Shown: positions 12,028 through 25,586 of the stretch, piece after piece
How the letters are laid out: each line of letters begins with the position of its first letter
Numbering within the stretch: position 1 is the first letter of the stretch
Assembly: GCA_964016885.1 (NCBI GenBank)
Contig: OZ024744.1
Coordinates: forward strand, 73,842,001-73,906,000
Direction: 5' to 3'
DNA: 64,000 nucleotides
Source: Eledone cirrhosa
Taxonomy: Eukaryota
Notes under the pieces: generated by a model
What the model saw: the letters and a program-made list of their open reading frames with translations, nothing else
The model's database searches: none
Told to the model about the DNA's origin: nothing
Made by a program: the position numbers and the translations under genes

Positions 12028-13780
12028 TACTTCTCGTAGAGGGAGGATGGTTTCTCCATCCCTTTTCACTTAATCGTCTGGTGAAGGGACCGTTGAATCG
12101 TCCCTTCGGCTGGTCGTCGGCTCTTCTGTGTGTATATCCGAATATACTCTCCGGTTGAGTGTTCCTCCTAGGTCTCTGAAAACACCAACTGCGTTGGGGA
12201 ATTTTATTTTAATGTTTGTGTATTGTTTCTGTGATATTCTTACCAGTCTTATGTTCGTTGGTCTTTTGATTGGTGCTGGTATTATGTAGTCGTGCTGTGA
12301 AATGTCTGTGTGTTCAATTATGTAAGTCATTAGTTTCTTGTTGTGTATTTATCGCTGTGCATTTCTTTTTCTGGGGCTGGGGTGTGGTTCTGCTATTTTC
12401 TCGTCGTTGTTGCTGGGTGTGTGTGTTTTGTCGTTGTGTTTGCGATGTTGGTGATTGTGCTGATGGTGTTGAAGGTGTTGTTGTTGTTGGCGGTGGGGTC
12501 GCCGCCGGTGGTGATGGTGGTGCTATTTTGAGTGGTGATTGTGTTGGTGGTGTTGCTGCTGTAAGTCTATTTGCAGTAGCCTTTACCCTTTTTTCATTTC
12601 TTCCCTCCCTTTTCGAAGGCGACGATGCGCTGCTTCTGCTTTGTGCCTTCTTGCGACGTTTTGCCATCCCTCTCCCACCACACACTCCATGTCCGATTCT
12701 GTGAGGTCGGAGAGGGGTACCAGCTCCACTCTTTCACTTGTTGTTGTTGGTGATGGTTGCAGTGGAGTCTCTGTTGCAGCTGCAGTTGGTATTACTGTTG
12801 TTGTTAATACTTCCACTGCTGCTGATGTTCTTGATTTCCGTGGCGTGGGTATGGGTGCTATAGATCTATCCTTCCTGCTTGCCGCCTGTCCTATTGCTGG
12901 TAGCAGTGGAGCCGGTTTCAGAAGGAGGGGTTTTTATCCTTTCTCAGGATCTTCCCATTGCAGAAAGCCCTGAGGTGAGTCTTCGACCCACAGCGAAAGC
13001 ATTTCTGGCGTTTGCCTCAAAACTTCTGGGCAGTTGAGTGCCGTATCCGGTATAGCTTCGATGCACTGCTGGTTGGTTTTGAATTAACATCTCAATGGAG
13101 GTGCCGACCCAATCTGCTCGTACTTTTTTCTGTACTTGCAGTACAGTTGTTTTGTCATCGATTCCGAAGAGGACAGACGCGGCCAGCCAAGAACGGGCCA
13201 TCCGGGGGGAGGGGACGTGGGTCAGTTTGACCCTCACAATTTTTTGCCCGCAGTAGGTGGGCACCAACACCATTTCCTCGCTCCTTAGGGTCACTAAGGA
13301 TTGAGCCTTTGCCTCCTGGGGTGTGGCAAAAATCACGTCCATGGTGGCATATTTCTTGCCTCGGGTGATATGCGTTTTCCGCAGCCACAGAGACCCTAAG
13401 GCTTTTTGTATTTGAGCCTCTGTGGCTCTTTCAACCCTACGTGATTTTCTGCTTACTGTACGGTACGTGACCGTAGAGTGCTGTTGGGATTCGAAACATT
13501 TTTCGGCTGCCTTGCAGATTGCTCGGTGTCCGGTTTTCGTCACCATCTTCTTTGCTTCCTGAAATGCCTCATTCGTTATAAGGATGGTTTCCAGTTTCTT
13601 TGCGATACCTGCAAAGGAGATTGGTTTTTCTCTCTTGTTGTTGTTGTTGTTGTTGTCGTCGTCAGAGCTGCTGTTTTTCTCTCTTGTTGTTGTTGTTGTT
13701 GTTGTCGTCGTCAGAGCTGCTGTTACTTTTGCTGTTGCTGCTGTGGTTGTTGTTGTTGTTGTTGCTGCTGCTGTGGTTGT

Positions 13781-13811
<31 letters not shown>

Positions 13812-14000
13812 TATGCTGTTGATGATGATGATGTTGCGGCTGCTACTAGTGTTTTCCTTGTCCCTGTTCCAGCTGCTGCCGTTATTACGGCTGCTGCTGC
13901 TATTCTTCATGACGTCAGACGAATGAAATGGCTTTCCGTATTTACCGCACACATTTTTCGTCGTTGTCGTCGTCGTGGAGAAATGTTCCACGGTATGCAC
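12028..14000 (-). pseudogene. Tx1 copy A ORF1 (gag-like), frameshifted
   Basis: N/S/T-rich N-terminus, SFAGIAK, RRM-like block (ORF 12944-13546), CFRCGSKTHLRAFC at ~12960-13000, P/T-rich tail. Confidence 0.8.
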
Positions 14001-14380
14001 GTTCTTTGGTGAAAGCTACCAGAAATTATATTTTTATTTTTATTTAATAGCGTCGCTTGCGAAAGAGGCGACACCACATTTAGAGAAGGGAGGGAAGAGA
14101 CAACCTTCTCTCTGATTTAATGACGAATGAGGAAGAAGACGGAAAGAGTAGTGTTTTTTTTTTTTACTGTTTAAATGAATATTGTGCACAAAACCCCAAT
14201 AAGCGGTTATTTAACCCCGAAGGGCCAAATAATGGGTAGAAAGACCCCTCTCACGAGGAGGAGGGTGTTTTTATCTACAATTTGGTTCAAGTTTTAAACA
14301 ATTTACAATTGTTATAGCGGTTAAAAATTACTATACCTTACCATGGCATTCAATAATAATAATAATAATAATATTAATAA

Positions 14381-14960
14381 GCCCAGACTCACTATAAAGG
14401 CTGGAGACATGATGTGATAGACAGGGTGATCCACTGGTCCCTATGCAAAGTAAACAATTTACCACATTCTGAGAAGTGGTATGAGCATAAGCCAGAGTCG
14501 GTGATAGAAAACGATCAGGTGGAGGTGCTGTGGGATTTTAGGATACAGGCGGACAAGAAACTGGAACACAATAGAACTGACCTGGTGGTTTTGCACAAGG
14601 AAAAAAGATCGTGGCTGATTGTGGATGTGGCCTGCCCATTCGACACGAGAGTGCAAGAGAAGGAGAGGGAGAAAATTAACCGATACCAGGACTTAAAGTG
14701 GGAGGTAAAAAGGATTTGGAACTGCCATGAAGTCAGGGTCGTCCCGATTGTCATAGGCGCGCTAGGTACTATCTCAAATAGTTTCCAAGGATGGTTAAAG
14801 TCCAGCCTCGCTTTTTGGAACACTTCAAAAGGCAAGCTTGCTGGGAACAGCAAGATCCCTCCGATACGTCCTGAATATCTGAGGCTGTAGGTAGCGGCTT
14901 GATATTCATTTCAACAAACTTTCCAGTAAAATAACATCAATGACTGAGACTCAAAGATTA
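14381..14960 (+). mobile_element. 5'-truncated R4/Dong-clade LINE (restriction-like endonuclease domain and 3' UTR)
   Basis: RHD...IHWSLC...WYEHKPESVIEN...LWDF...NRTDLVV...IVDVACPFD...EKINRYQDL...PIVIGALG; followed by (TAA)n. Confidence 0.9.
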
Positions 14961-14989
14961 ATAATAATGATAATAATAATAATAATAAT

Positions 14990-17900
14990 GATTTCATTTA
15001 TTGGCCAAAAGGTCCGACATATAGGGGACAATACAAAAGACTGGGACAATGGGGTTTTGCAGAAAAATCGAGTAAACTATATGAATAACAATAACAAATT
15101 AACAAGAAAAATACAAGAACATTTCCCCAATAGGGGGGATGACCACCCAGGGTTCGCTTAGTTACCCCACCAATCCTGAACGACCCGACGCTTCGCGAGC
15201 ACCCTGGACGCACATCCCTCTACTCCTCAAATTTATCCACCTACAGGCGCATGACCAGAGTAGGCCCACTCACACATTCACCCACGTTTCAGCCAATATA
15301 CTGGGGGGGGGGGGGCAGCACTCTCTCTCCACCCTCACCTTCCTTTCCAAGTGAAACTTGAAAAAGTTGATGAGGGATTGGCCGAAGAGAAAAGTGTCTG
15401 TCCTTTCAACCTCGTCCACCATAAAACCTCTTTCGCTACTGCCACCAGACAGAGGAAAATAGCCTGCCCTTCCTGGCCAAAAGAAGGCGGCGGGTCGGTT
15501 TTTACTATGGACTCGGCCGATAGCCGGATCCGTTCTACACGCGACAACAGCTGTTCGACATAACTCCACAAATCAGTAATGCACGGACACTGGACGAGTG
15601 CGTGCAGAACGGTTTCGTCGATCTGCGCGCATCTCGGGCAGGTCCGTCTGACAGCACTTCCGTGCCTATAGAGTTTCCCTTGAATCGGCAGTGCCCCCGG
15701 TAGCACTGCCAAGCGAGGGATTTTTGGAAATTATCTATCGTTCCCGGCTCGAAGGGCCTCCGCAACAGACTGGTTACTTCGACTTCGTCGACTCCCAGAG
15801 CCTCTCCGAGTGCGTCGTTGCACTTGCCCACCACTAATCCTCTATAGAACTCGAGAGTGGAAGTTCCACTGACCGCATTGCCCATCTGGTAGAGGGCAGT
15901 GAGTGCCTGCAACATTCCAGATGCCAGTCACCCAGTCTCGGTCCCTTCTTGACCCAGGACTGCAGCTCAGTCAAAGAAAGGAGCTGCGGAAAGGCCCGTC
16001 TAATAAACGGCGACCACACCGGTTCACCGTTTAGGCAGAATATCTGGAGATGTCGCAGCCTCAGCGCATGTCTGTGCATCATAAGCCACAGCAAGCCCAG
16101 CCCTCCACGTAGAGGGTTCTGAAAGCAGATGGATCGCCTCACCAGCGGAACCTGACCCTCCACAAGAATTTGAAGAGGAGCCGCTCCAAGATGGCGAGGC
16201 GCGAACGGGGGAAAAGGGATGACGGTCAGACGGTAGTAGATAACGGACGCGATGTACGCTTTCGCCACCTCCGCCCGACCTTTCAATGATAGCTTTCTCG
16301 CAGCCCATTTCTGGGTTGGACTGGCTCAGCTGCGTTTCGAGGAGATCGGAGAACAAGTCTGGCATATTTACGTAAAGCTTGTTGGGCAGACCATCCAAAC
16401 CGGATGACTTATGCTTCATGCAGCCGACAAGGGCATCTTGAATCTGGGCTGAAGTAATCGCCCTTTCGCAGTACTCAGCGTCGGGCGTCGAGAGTTGCGG
16501 CAAGCCATCGAGGTAAGGACTGAAGTTCGCCACCGTCGCTGACCCGCCACTTCCCCCGAACAACCGAGCAAAATGTTGGCGAAAGGCCCGACACATCCGC
16601 TTGGAATCGCTCAGCTCGTGTCCATCTCGGTCCGTGAAAGACCGAATCGTGGTTTTATTAACACGCGCCTTAGCTCTGACAATGCAACCTTCGTGTTTCG
16701 CATTGAAGAAATGATCTAATGCCATTCTCGCCGCTAGCACGTCAGTTGTAATACCATTACAAATAGCCTCGTTTAACTTATTTTCCAACTCTTCCTCTCT
16801 ATTTTTCTCTAACGCTACTTCTTTGCTAAACTCTATCGACATTACTCTAATCTCTCTTTTGAGAGCCCCCCACCATCTATTGTTGACGACTCCCCTGTCA
16901 ACTTTTTCTTAACCAAATTGTTGACCTGAACCCTGTAAGCCTTACGTGCCGGAAACGACATGTTCAGCTTCCAGTAACCAGGTCCTAACCTACGCGACTT
17001 ATCTAGGTCGACCATACAGATCACAAACTTGTGATTTGAATAGGCTTTAAAACGTGGACAGCTTACACTATTTCTGTCTATTTTCCTAATGAATATCTTG
17101 TCTATATACGATCTAGATGACCCTATGCGGTTAGTCCAGATTCACACTGGCGCATTAGGGAAATCTAGTCGGTACCTGTCAGACAGTTGGAACTGACTGA
17201 TCAGGTTCTTGAGGCTTTTGCACCCCCCGCTCCTATCGGATACTCCCACAGGGTCCCAGCGTGCGTCTAAGATGCCGTTCCAGTCCCCCGCTAACAGTAG
17301 AGGGCGAGACGTACCCAGAAAGGCTTCCAGGTGTCTAAAGAATGCCGACCGTCTTGCCCCAGTAGACGACCACCTTCTTTATTGTTCACATCCGGGACCA
17401 CCAACTTACCGTCCGGGTCCCGAAAGATTGATCTTACCTCGAGATCCAGGCCTTTCCTAAACAGCACTGCCACCCCATCTCCCATTCCCGGTCGACTAAC
17501 AGATGCAAAGATCTGATAGTCGTCGAAAATGGGGGCTAGTGCACGGTGTCGGAAATCCTGGTTTCGCTGATGTAATCATCCATTTCTAGAGACCTGAGGT
17601 CGTTGAGCAGGTGACCCTGCTTCCAGGACGATCCCATGCCTCAAACATTTAAACTTCCTACTCTTAATACGGCCATGTTGGCGGGCTAAAAGAGAGAGAG
17701 GAAAGGTTTACTTACCTTCCGGGATGTTGTGAAGGTCGGGTGGTTCGACCTCCATAGTTGGTGGGGTTTCTTTTGAGAACCCCTTTAAAAGTCTTGAAGT
17801 GGGTTTTACGTTCGGGGTTCCCACGTCGCGAGGAATCTCTTTGAATAAATCTCGTATCTCTTTGAATAAATCGAGCGACATTCGCACCAGAAACAAATCC

Positions 17901-19873
17901 TCCGGCACGAGAAATGTGCTCGATTTAAAAATTCCCCCCTCTTTTTGTATTTCTTCACTTCGTGCTACGGGGGCCACCAGTTTTTTGTTGGCCCTCCTGA
18001 CGAGCACGAAGTTTTATATGTTTTGTTGGTGTGATTGTATTTGTTTGCGTGGCTGTGGTGGTGATCGTCTTGATGGTGTTGTTTCGGTTGTATCTGTGTT
18101 TGTTGTGAGTGCAGTGTCTGTGGGTTCAGATGTTTGTGTGTGTATTTGTTCTTGCGTCTGTTTAGGCTGTTTACTTTTTGGGGATTCTGGTGATGGTAAT
18201 GGTGGTGTTGATGTTGTTGTTATTGGCGAGATGTTTGCGTGGGTGGTGTCTGCATTTTTATTGTAGGTGTTTTTGTACTTTATTGAGTTTTTGTTTTTCT
18301 TTTTGTGTTTCGTTTTTTGTATTTTGGGGCATTTTGGTTTTCCCTCATCTTCACTACTGGTAGATGAGAGGTCTGTGTCTGTAAGTGTGTCTGTGTGTGT
18401 GTTCACGTTTTTATTGATGTGTGTATTTTGGGGGGAGGCGGAATTTGACAACTTTCCTCGTTTTCCCCCTGGGTGGTCAATGTTGGTGGTGGCCTTTCTA
18501 TTGGTGTTGTTACTGGTGGTTTGGCCGGTGCTGGTGTTGGTTGTGGTCCTCGACCCGGCGTCGGCAACAGTGGAGCCCTTCGATTCCTTTCATCGTTCAG
18601 CAGTTGAGGGCAGAAGCCTCGCAAATGATTTTTTCCCCACAAACAAAACAATGCGGCCTTTTGTCCTCGGTCATAATGTGAATGACCGTCCGATTCTGAA
18701 GACGGATGTGGTCCGGGATTGTCTTGACATTCTCCGGCCTGATCTGGAGAAGTATCTCCAGGTCAACCTCGGACCAGTCCTCTCAGGCAGTTCTTGTCAC
18801 TTCTATCGGGACGGTATCCGTCCCCTCCACAATCACACATCCCAGAAACCACCACAAGTCCTGGTGCGATTCTGGGAATGCGGAGACGGGCCGTTCATGT
18901 GGGACGGGTACATTATGACCTTGCTGGTTTTGCAAGGTGACATAACATGTTTCATAGCTAGGGCTTCTGACTTAACCAGCACCGAAATGGTGCCGTGTTG
19001 TCTGCCCCTCGCTATGTATTCGGTGTCATCCTTGATGCCCCTTCAGCACGACTTCGACATCTGCTTGTAGAATTAAAGCTGCCCTTTTGGTTTGTGCTGA
19101 GATGCATCTGTAATGCACCGTTCTGCGCTCCACTGCTTCAATAGCTTCTACCGGGACAGTTAAGTTGGCCCAGGTTTGCTCTTGCTTGATGAGCTTCTAT
19201 GCCTGGGCCAACTTTTCATCTTTGTTTGAGAGGTCCATGCAGAAGCATGGCCTCTTTTTTGCTGCTGCCGCAGCGAAAGTGTTTTTCTTGTTGTCGTTGG
19301 TGGAGTTGTCACTGTTGCAGTTGGTTATATCTTTGGGGCTGTCGTTGTTGTTGTTCTCGGTGCAATTGGTATTGTTGCTGTTGGTGTTGTCGCTATTTGT
19401 TTTCATGTTAGTTGTGTTAATATTGTTGTTGCATTTATCATTTTTTCTGTTATCTGTATTTTCGTTGTCGCTGTTACTGTCATTTTTTTTCAAAATTAGA
19501 GTTCTCAGTGTTGTTATCAATGGTGTCTTTGTTTACATTGTTTGTGGTGGTGTTTGTTATATCAATTTCTGTTAATTTCGCGGTCGAGCTCCTCTCAACC
19601 TTTACGTCGTTGTCACACGACAGCAGACATATTGCTGGGGGGGGGGGGGGGCTCAGCCATGTTTTATTTGTTGTTTTTTTCTGATAATTTTTTAAAAGGT
19701 AAAAAAGTTCAAATATTTGGGTCAAAAGTCCCAAATATTATACTTTCCCCTTCTCAGGGCAAAGTCCAAGGGCTTATATTCCTTACACAACAAAAAAAAG
19801 ATTCAATAAATAAGTTTTCACAGGTAAATAAATAAGCTTACGGGAGCGAGCAAAAAGACGTCCGTTCAGACCC
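14990..19873 (-). mobile_element. L1/Tx1-clade element, copy B, RT core internally deleted
   Basis: ORF1 knuckle CFVCGEKNHLRGFC (~18615-18660); ORF2 ATG at 17676; jumps at ~16330 from MPDLFSDLLE to QKWAARKLS; 3' end aataaatgaaatc-(ATT)n; (AAT)n on both sides. Confidence 0.92.
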
Positions 19874-19916
<43 letters not shown>

Positions 19917-19918
<2 letters not shown>

Positions 19919-20038
19919 TGTTTCTTCTTTCGGCACAAGGCCAGCAATTACCCAGTGCATTACTGGTACTTTATTTTATCGACCCCGTAAGGATGAAAGG
20001 CAAAGTTAACCTCGACGGGATTTGAACTCAGAATGGCA
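19917..20038 (-). mobile_element. 5'-truncated SINE (dominant family) with long (ATT)n tail
   Basis: B-box, body and ggccttgtgccgaaagaagaaacaattatt end. Confidence 0.85.
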
Positions 20039-20074
20039 TAATAATAATAATAATGGAATAATAATAATAATAAT

Positions 20075-20462
20075 AGATTGTCATTTCAGTACTGGTAGTT
20101 TTGGACATGGAAAAAAGATCATGCCTGATTGTAGATGTAGCCTGCTCATTTGACACGAGAGTGCAAGAAAAGGAGAGGGAGAAAATTAACCGATACCCGG
20201 ACTTAAAGTGGGAGATAAAAAGGATTTGGAACTGCCATGAAGTCAGAGTCGTCGCGATAGGCGCACTAGGTACAATCTCATAGAGTTTCCAAGGATGGTT
20301 AAAGAAAATTAGTCCAGCCCTGCTTTTTGGAACACTTCAAAAGGCATGCTTGCTGGGAACAAGAATGTCCTGAATATCTGAGGCTGCAGGTAGCGGCTTG
20401 ATATTCATTTCAACAAACTTTCCAGTTAAATAAAATCAATGACTGAGACTGAAAGAATAATA
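20075..20462 (+). mobile_element. Second 5'-truncated R4/Dong-clade LINE, same family as 14381-14960
   Basis: Near-identical CLIVDVACSFDTRVQEKEREKINRY and 3' UTR. Confidence 0.88.
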
Positions 20463-21014
20463 GATTGAAATTTCAGTATTTCATTAAATGTCAAATGGGA
20501 TTCAAATGGTTACCTTGAAATCGATAACAGTATAAAGAAAATGCAATAAAACCGACATAGACAATAGATCAGAAATAAAAGAAACATTGAAGTAAAAAGT
20601 ACAAGTTAAGGCTGTATTAAAAAATAACAAACTTTTATAGTCAAAACAATATTTTTGAAACAGATACCTAAAAGTTCTCCAGGGAGATAAGAACCACGCT
20701 CAATGAAAGAAGTACAACATCCCGGAAAAACACCTGGGGTAATCCAAAAGAACACAATAAAAATGCTGAGTTGATTCAACGGTACAAAGTACGAATGACG
20801 GATATACCAACACAATGTCAAAATGTCAAAATACCTTTAAAAATATCATAAATTAAAAATTACCTGGCCACGATAAAGTGCCAAACTGTTGGCCTCATTT
20901 CCTTACATCTACACATAATTTGAAGCAAAAATCATGATTTCCCTAGTGGAGATACTAGCCGGGATCACAATGGGAATAACATTCTTTTTAACCCCAAAAT
21001 GAAGAAACTAATCA

Positions 21015-21181
21015 CCGTATTTTCCCGGCGTCGAAGACACTACTATTTTGCTAATATAAGTATAACAAATCTACCACGCGTCCTGGAGGCCGAAGGTTAT
21101 TTTTTTTTTTTTCAAATTTTTTGTTGTCAAAATTAGGGTGCGTCCTCGAGGACGAAGCGTCTTCGGCGCCGGGAAATACGG
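21015..21181. mobile_element. Tc1/mariner/pogo-like MITE inserted in the R4 remnant
   Basis: TIRs ccgtattttcccggcgtcgaagac / gtcttcggcgccgggaaatacgg; flanked by ca/ta (consistent with a TA TSD). Confidence 0.8.
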
Positions 21182-22002
21182 TAGGCTAAAAATTATAGAC
21201 CAATACCATGCCTGTCCACCAGATATATACTCTTAACAAAACCAATAACTTCGTGTACTCATTTCTGCAAGAAAACAATATCTTACCAATAGAGTAAAAG
21301 GGATACAAACTGAGATTATATAGTTTTTTAAGGACCAACTACTAACAAACAAAATGATACTGAAAAACTACTCTACAAAGAAAAGAAATCTTAGCACAGC
21401 CTGAAAACTGCTACGATTGGCCTAAACTCTGAAACATTCTTATGACTGGATGCTAAAAGCACGACAACAGCTAAACATTATATTCATTTAGATGAGTTTC
21501 AGATACAAAGAGTCTCTGAAATAGATGAACTAAGAAAACCACAGAAAAAGATATACACATGAAAACACTTACTAAAAATGCAGCCTTAAATAATCTTATC
21601 GGCAAATGGCAAGAAAAGACACTTCATGGTGAATACCCAGAGAGAGCTAACAATGCTGATGTTGACAAATGTGTTACGCATCAGTAGTTAGAGTCCTCTG
21701 GCTTACAATAGGGCACAGAAGGGTTTATTTTAACATGTAGAACATATAAACAACAGTTTAAAAACATCGATTAAATTGTCTCTACTTGTAATCTTCCTAA
21801 GGGTATCTCAACAGAGATGATAGAGCTGTATGATGTATCAACTGGGTAATTTACAAGGACCTAGACCTCCGGTACTTGCAAGAGATCATATCTCACTACT
21901 ATGGAACTTTTCTGTTCAAACAGACAGAAGATAAAGGCAAATATGTTAGACATCATATTGAAGGATTTCAAACAAAAATCACGCCTCCTCATCTACTTGA
22001 CT

Positions 22003-22980
22003 GACTGTCCCACTGATATAGATGTATCTGTCAACACCTACAAACAATAGGACTGTCCCACTTGATATAGATGTATCTGTCAACACCTACAAACAACAGG
22101 ACTGTCCCACTTGATATAGATATATCTGTCAACACCTACCAACAATAATAGGACTGTCCCACTTGATATAGATGTCTATGTCAACACCTACCAACAATAG
22201 GACTGTCCCACTTGATATAGATGTATCTGTCAACACCTACAAACAATAGGACTGTCCCACTTGATATAGATATATCTGTCAACACCTACCAACAATAGGA
22301 CTGTCCCACTTGATATAGATGTCTATGTCAACACCTACCAACAATAGGACTGTCCCACTTGATATAGATGTCTATGTCAAAACCTACTAACAATAGGACT
22401 GTCCCACTTGATATAGATATATCTGTCAACACCTACCAACAATAGGACTGTCCCACTTGATATAGATATATCTGTCAACACCTACCAACAATAGGACTGT
22501 CCCACTTGATATAGATGTCTATGTCAAAACCTACTAACAATAGGACTGTCCCACTTGATATAGATGTATCTGTCAACACCTACCAACAATAGGACTGTCC
22601 CACTTGATATAGATGTATCTGTCAACACCTACAAACAATAGGACTGTCCCACTTGATATAGATATATCTGTCAACACCTACAAACAATAGGACTGTCCTA
22701 CTTGATATAGATATATCTGTCAACACCTACAAACAATAGGATTGTCCCACTTGATATAGATATATCTGTCAACACCTACCAACAATAGGACTGTCCCAAT
22801 TGATATAGATGTATCTGTCAACACCTACCAACAATAGGACTGTCCCAATTGATATAGATGTCTATGTCAACACCTACCAACAATAATAGGACTGTCCCAC
22901 TTGATATAGATGTCTATGTCAACACCTACCAACAATAGGATTGTGCCAATTGATATAAATGTCTATGTGAAGACCTACCA
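22003..22980. repeat. 49-bp minisatellite, ~20 copies
   Basis: Unit ggactgtcccacttgatatagatgtatctgtcaacacctaccaacaata. Confidence 0.95.
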
Positions 22981-23767
22981 AAAATTAACCAAGTAGAAAT
23001 ATCTTGAAATAAATTGGCAAAACCTGGCACTCAATACTCGAACAATATCCGTGGTTGTTGGTTCCTTAGGAACCAAAAGGGATAATTATTACCTATCTCA
23101 AATCTCAGGGAATCCCCAAATGGAAGAAAATCAGAAAACTGTACTCATTGGAACTGATCATATCCTACGAAAAATACTGTAATTCTAATGTAACTCTAAA
23201 CAATATTTTTCCACATATGATCAACAGCACTGTTAAAAGTACATAATAGCAAATACTTTTTATCGTTATTTTAATCATTTTAGCACCAAACAACTTCTTT
23301 TAAACAAGCTTATAATTTTCTTGTTTTGACAGACATTTTCTAGAACAATACTTATGAACCCAAGGCACACAATTAAAACATGAATCCCTATCACCAAACT
23401 ATGATACATTTTTTCCCTGATAAAATGGCAGTTATCAACCATCCTAGTCATAATACCCACTTGGACTTATAAATGCTATATCTTGAAATCTCTAGGTGAG
23501 ACTTGGAGCCAGCTCGTAAGAACACAAAGCAAAATCTAAACATCAATAATAACAATAAAAACAATGCCTTCAGAACTGCACCTATCAATACCAGCTGCAC
23601 AAACAGGATTACTACCATAATAACCATTGCGACTATAAAAATCTCAATTGGTCGATACTGCCACGAGCACAATCACAAGCTTTACGATTACAAACCTGAC
23701 TGCAAACAACACCAGGACCAACAACCCTTTAATTTGTATGCGCCTCACTCCTCTCTTTCTCTCTCTC

Positions 23768-23827
<60 letters not shown>

Positions 23828-24021
23828 CTCTAACACTCTCCGTTTATGTCATCTCCCTCTCTCTGTTTCTGTCAGTCTATCTGTTATTATCAATCTCTTT
23901 TTCACGAAATATCGTTATCACCTCTTTACTATACACATCATCCTTTTCTAAAACCATATCACAAACCACATTGCTTTTCAAGCACGTTGGAATGAAACGC
24001 TTTTAGGTTTTTCCAGACACT

Positions 24022-24245
24022 CACCTACCTACATATCCACCCACTTACCTACCTATTTACTTACCTACCTACCTACCTACCTACCTACCTACCTACCTAC
24101 CTACCTACCTACCTATCCACCCACTTAAAAACCTATATACTTACCTACCTACATACCTACCTACCTAACCATCTACCTACCAACCTACCAACCAACCAAC
24201 CAGCCAACCAACCAACTTACTACCTACCTACCTATCCACCCACTT
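24022..24245. repeat. (ACCT)n/(ACCA)n microsatellite, resumes at 25166-25375
   Basis: Direct reading. Confidence 0.9.
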
Positions 24246-25165
24246 GAGACTCCACCGCAACATTCTATAGAGGGCTAGTACGCAGCAGGTGCGACGACGC
24301 CCTCGGAGAAGCCCTAGACATGGAGGAGGACGAACTGGCCAGCCTGTTCGGTAGGACATTCAGCCCGGGACCTATGGACAACTTCCAGAAGTCCCTGGCC
24401 TGGCAGTGCTACCGAGGGGCTTTACCCGTTCGAGAAAGGCTCTACAGACACGGGCGCCCGGGTAGGGACCCCGCCAAAAAGATCTGTCCCAGATGCGTGT
24501 GCGACGAGGAAACCGTTGCACACGCATTAGTACACTGCTCGGGCGTAGCCGATCTGTGGGGCTATGTCGAACAACTGCTGTCAAGGGTGGGACCGATCCG
24601 GTTGACCACCGAGTCTATTGTAATGATCAAGCCGCCTCCCCCCTTCAAAGATGAAGCAGAGGCGGTGTTTCTGTGCGTAATAGCCATGGCGAAAGAGGTT
24701 GTATGGTGGACGCGTCTGAAAGGACTGAGGTCGGGCACCTTTCTCTCTGGCCAACAACTGGTCCGTTTCTTCCGATATCATTTCGGAAGAAGGATCAGGA
24801 TGGAGAGAGAGGTGCTGCACCCCAGCCGTTTCTATGAAAGATGGGTGAAAGTGGCGAGAATGGCCCGTGTGAATGGGCCTTCACTCTACATCAGACTATA
24901 GGTGAGGAAGATGAAAGACCAAGGGAGCACCCCTTCTCTGTGCTCCTGAGGAGAAGGGTTGCACACTTTTTTCGGGGGTGTGTGCGACCCCCCAAGGCGC
25001 CTCCTCTCTATTGAGGATTTTGTTAAAAATTTTATTTTTTGTTATATCTTATTTTATTTTTATATTTTGTTATTGCCTCCTCCTTATTGAGGACGCCTTT
25101 TTGTGTAAACTCCCCCCTTTGTACTTGTCCCACTTTTGATGCCCTAGTGGCAAATAAAAGAAATA
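24246..25165 (+). mobile_element. 5'-truncated Tx1 copy (ORF2 C-terminus and 3' UTR), close relative of 31171-33270
   Basis: ORF 24320-24901 DNFQKSLAWQCYRGALPVR...CPRC...ETVAHALVHC; ends aataaaagaaatatatct. Confidence 0.93.
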
Positions 25166-25586
25166 TATCTACCTACATACCTACCTACCTAACCACCTAC
25201 CTACCAACCTACCAACCAGCCAGCCAGCCAACCAACCAATGTACTACCTACCTACCTATCCACCCACTTATCTACCTACATACCTACCTACCTACCTACC
25301 TACCTTCCTACCTAACAACATACATACCAACTGCCTACCTACCTATCTACCTCCCCACTATCTATCTATCTATCTTCTGGGATGGACACACGCGTGAAAC
25401 TTGCTGGGTAAGTTCTGCCTACATTTCTATAGAAATTCCTAACTGTGAACCTTCATATTTATATCAACTTGTAGAGGGACTGCCAGGTCAAATTTTGATC
25501 TGGTCAGTCTCTCAAAATATTCTACGCCTTTAAGCGAAATAGTACATAAAAAGTTTTTTTTTGGAAAAGCTAACATTTAAAAAAAA

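Larger units (their letters stand above)
8345..14351 (-). mobile_element. Near full-length L1/Tx1-clade non-LTR retrotransposon, copy A
   Basis: ORF1 with CCHC knuckle plus APE-RT ORF2; 3' end aataaagaaagc-(ATT)n; (AAT)n on both sides. Confidence 0.95.
20600..23180 (+). pseudogene. Old internally deleted R4-clade LINE (RT and REL remnants)
   Basis: PGHDKVPNCW (~20863), NYRPIPCLST (~21191), WQEKTLHGEYP (~21607), GTEGFIL (~21712), SVVVGSLG (~23048). Confidence 0.75.

Noticed and set aside
17799-19575. Long + strand hydrophobic ORFs (also 12270-12973 and 59284-59661)
   Set aside because: Antisense shadows of low-complexity Tx1 ORF1 regions
22003-22980. CRISPR-like regular array (also 3339-3551 and 36862-39405)
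   Set aside because: Head-to-tail units with no unique spacers, no cas genes, eukaryotic context
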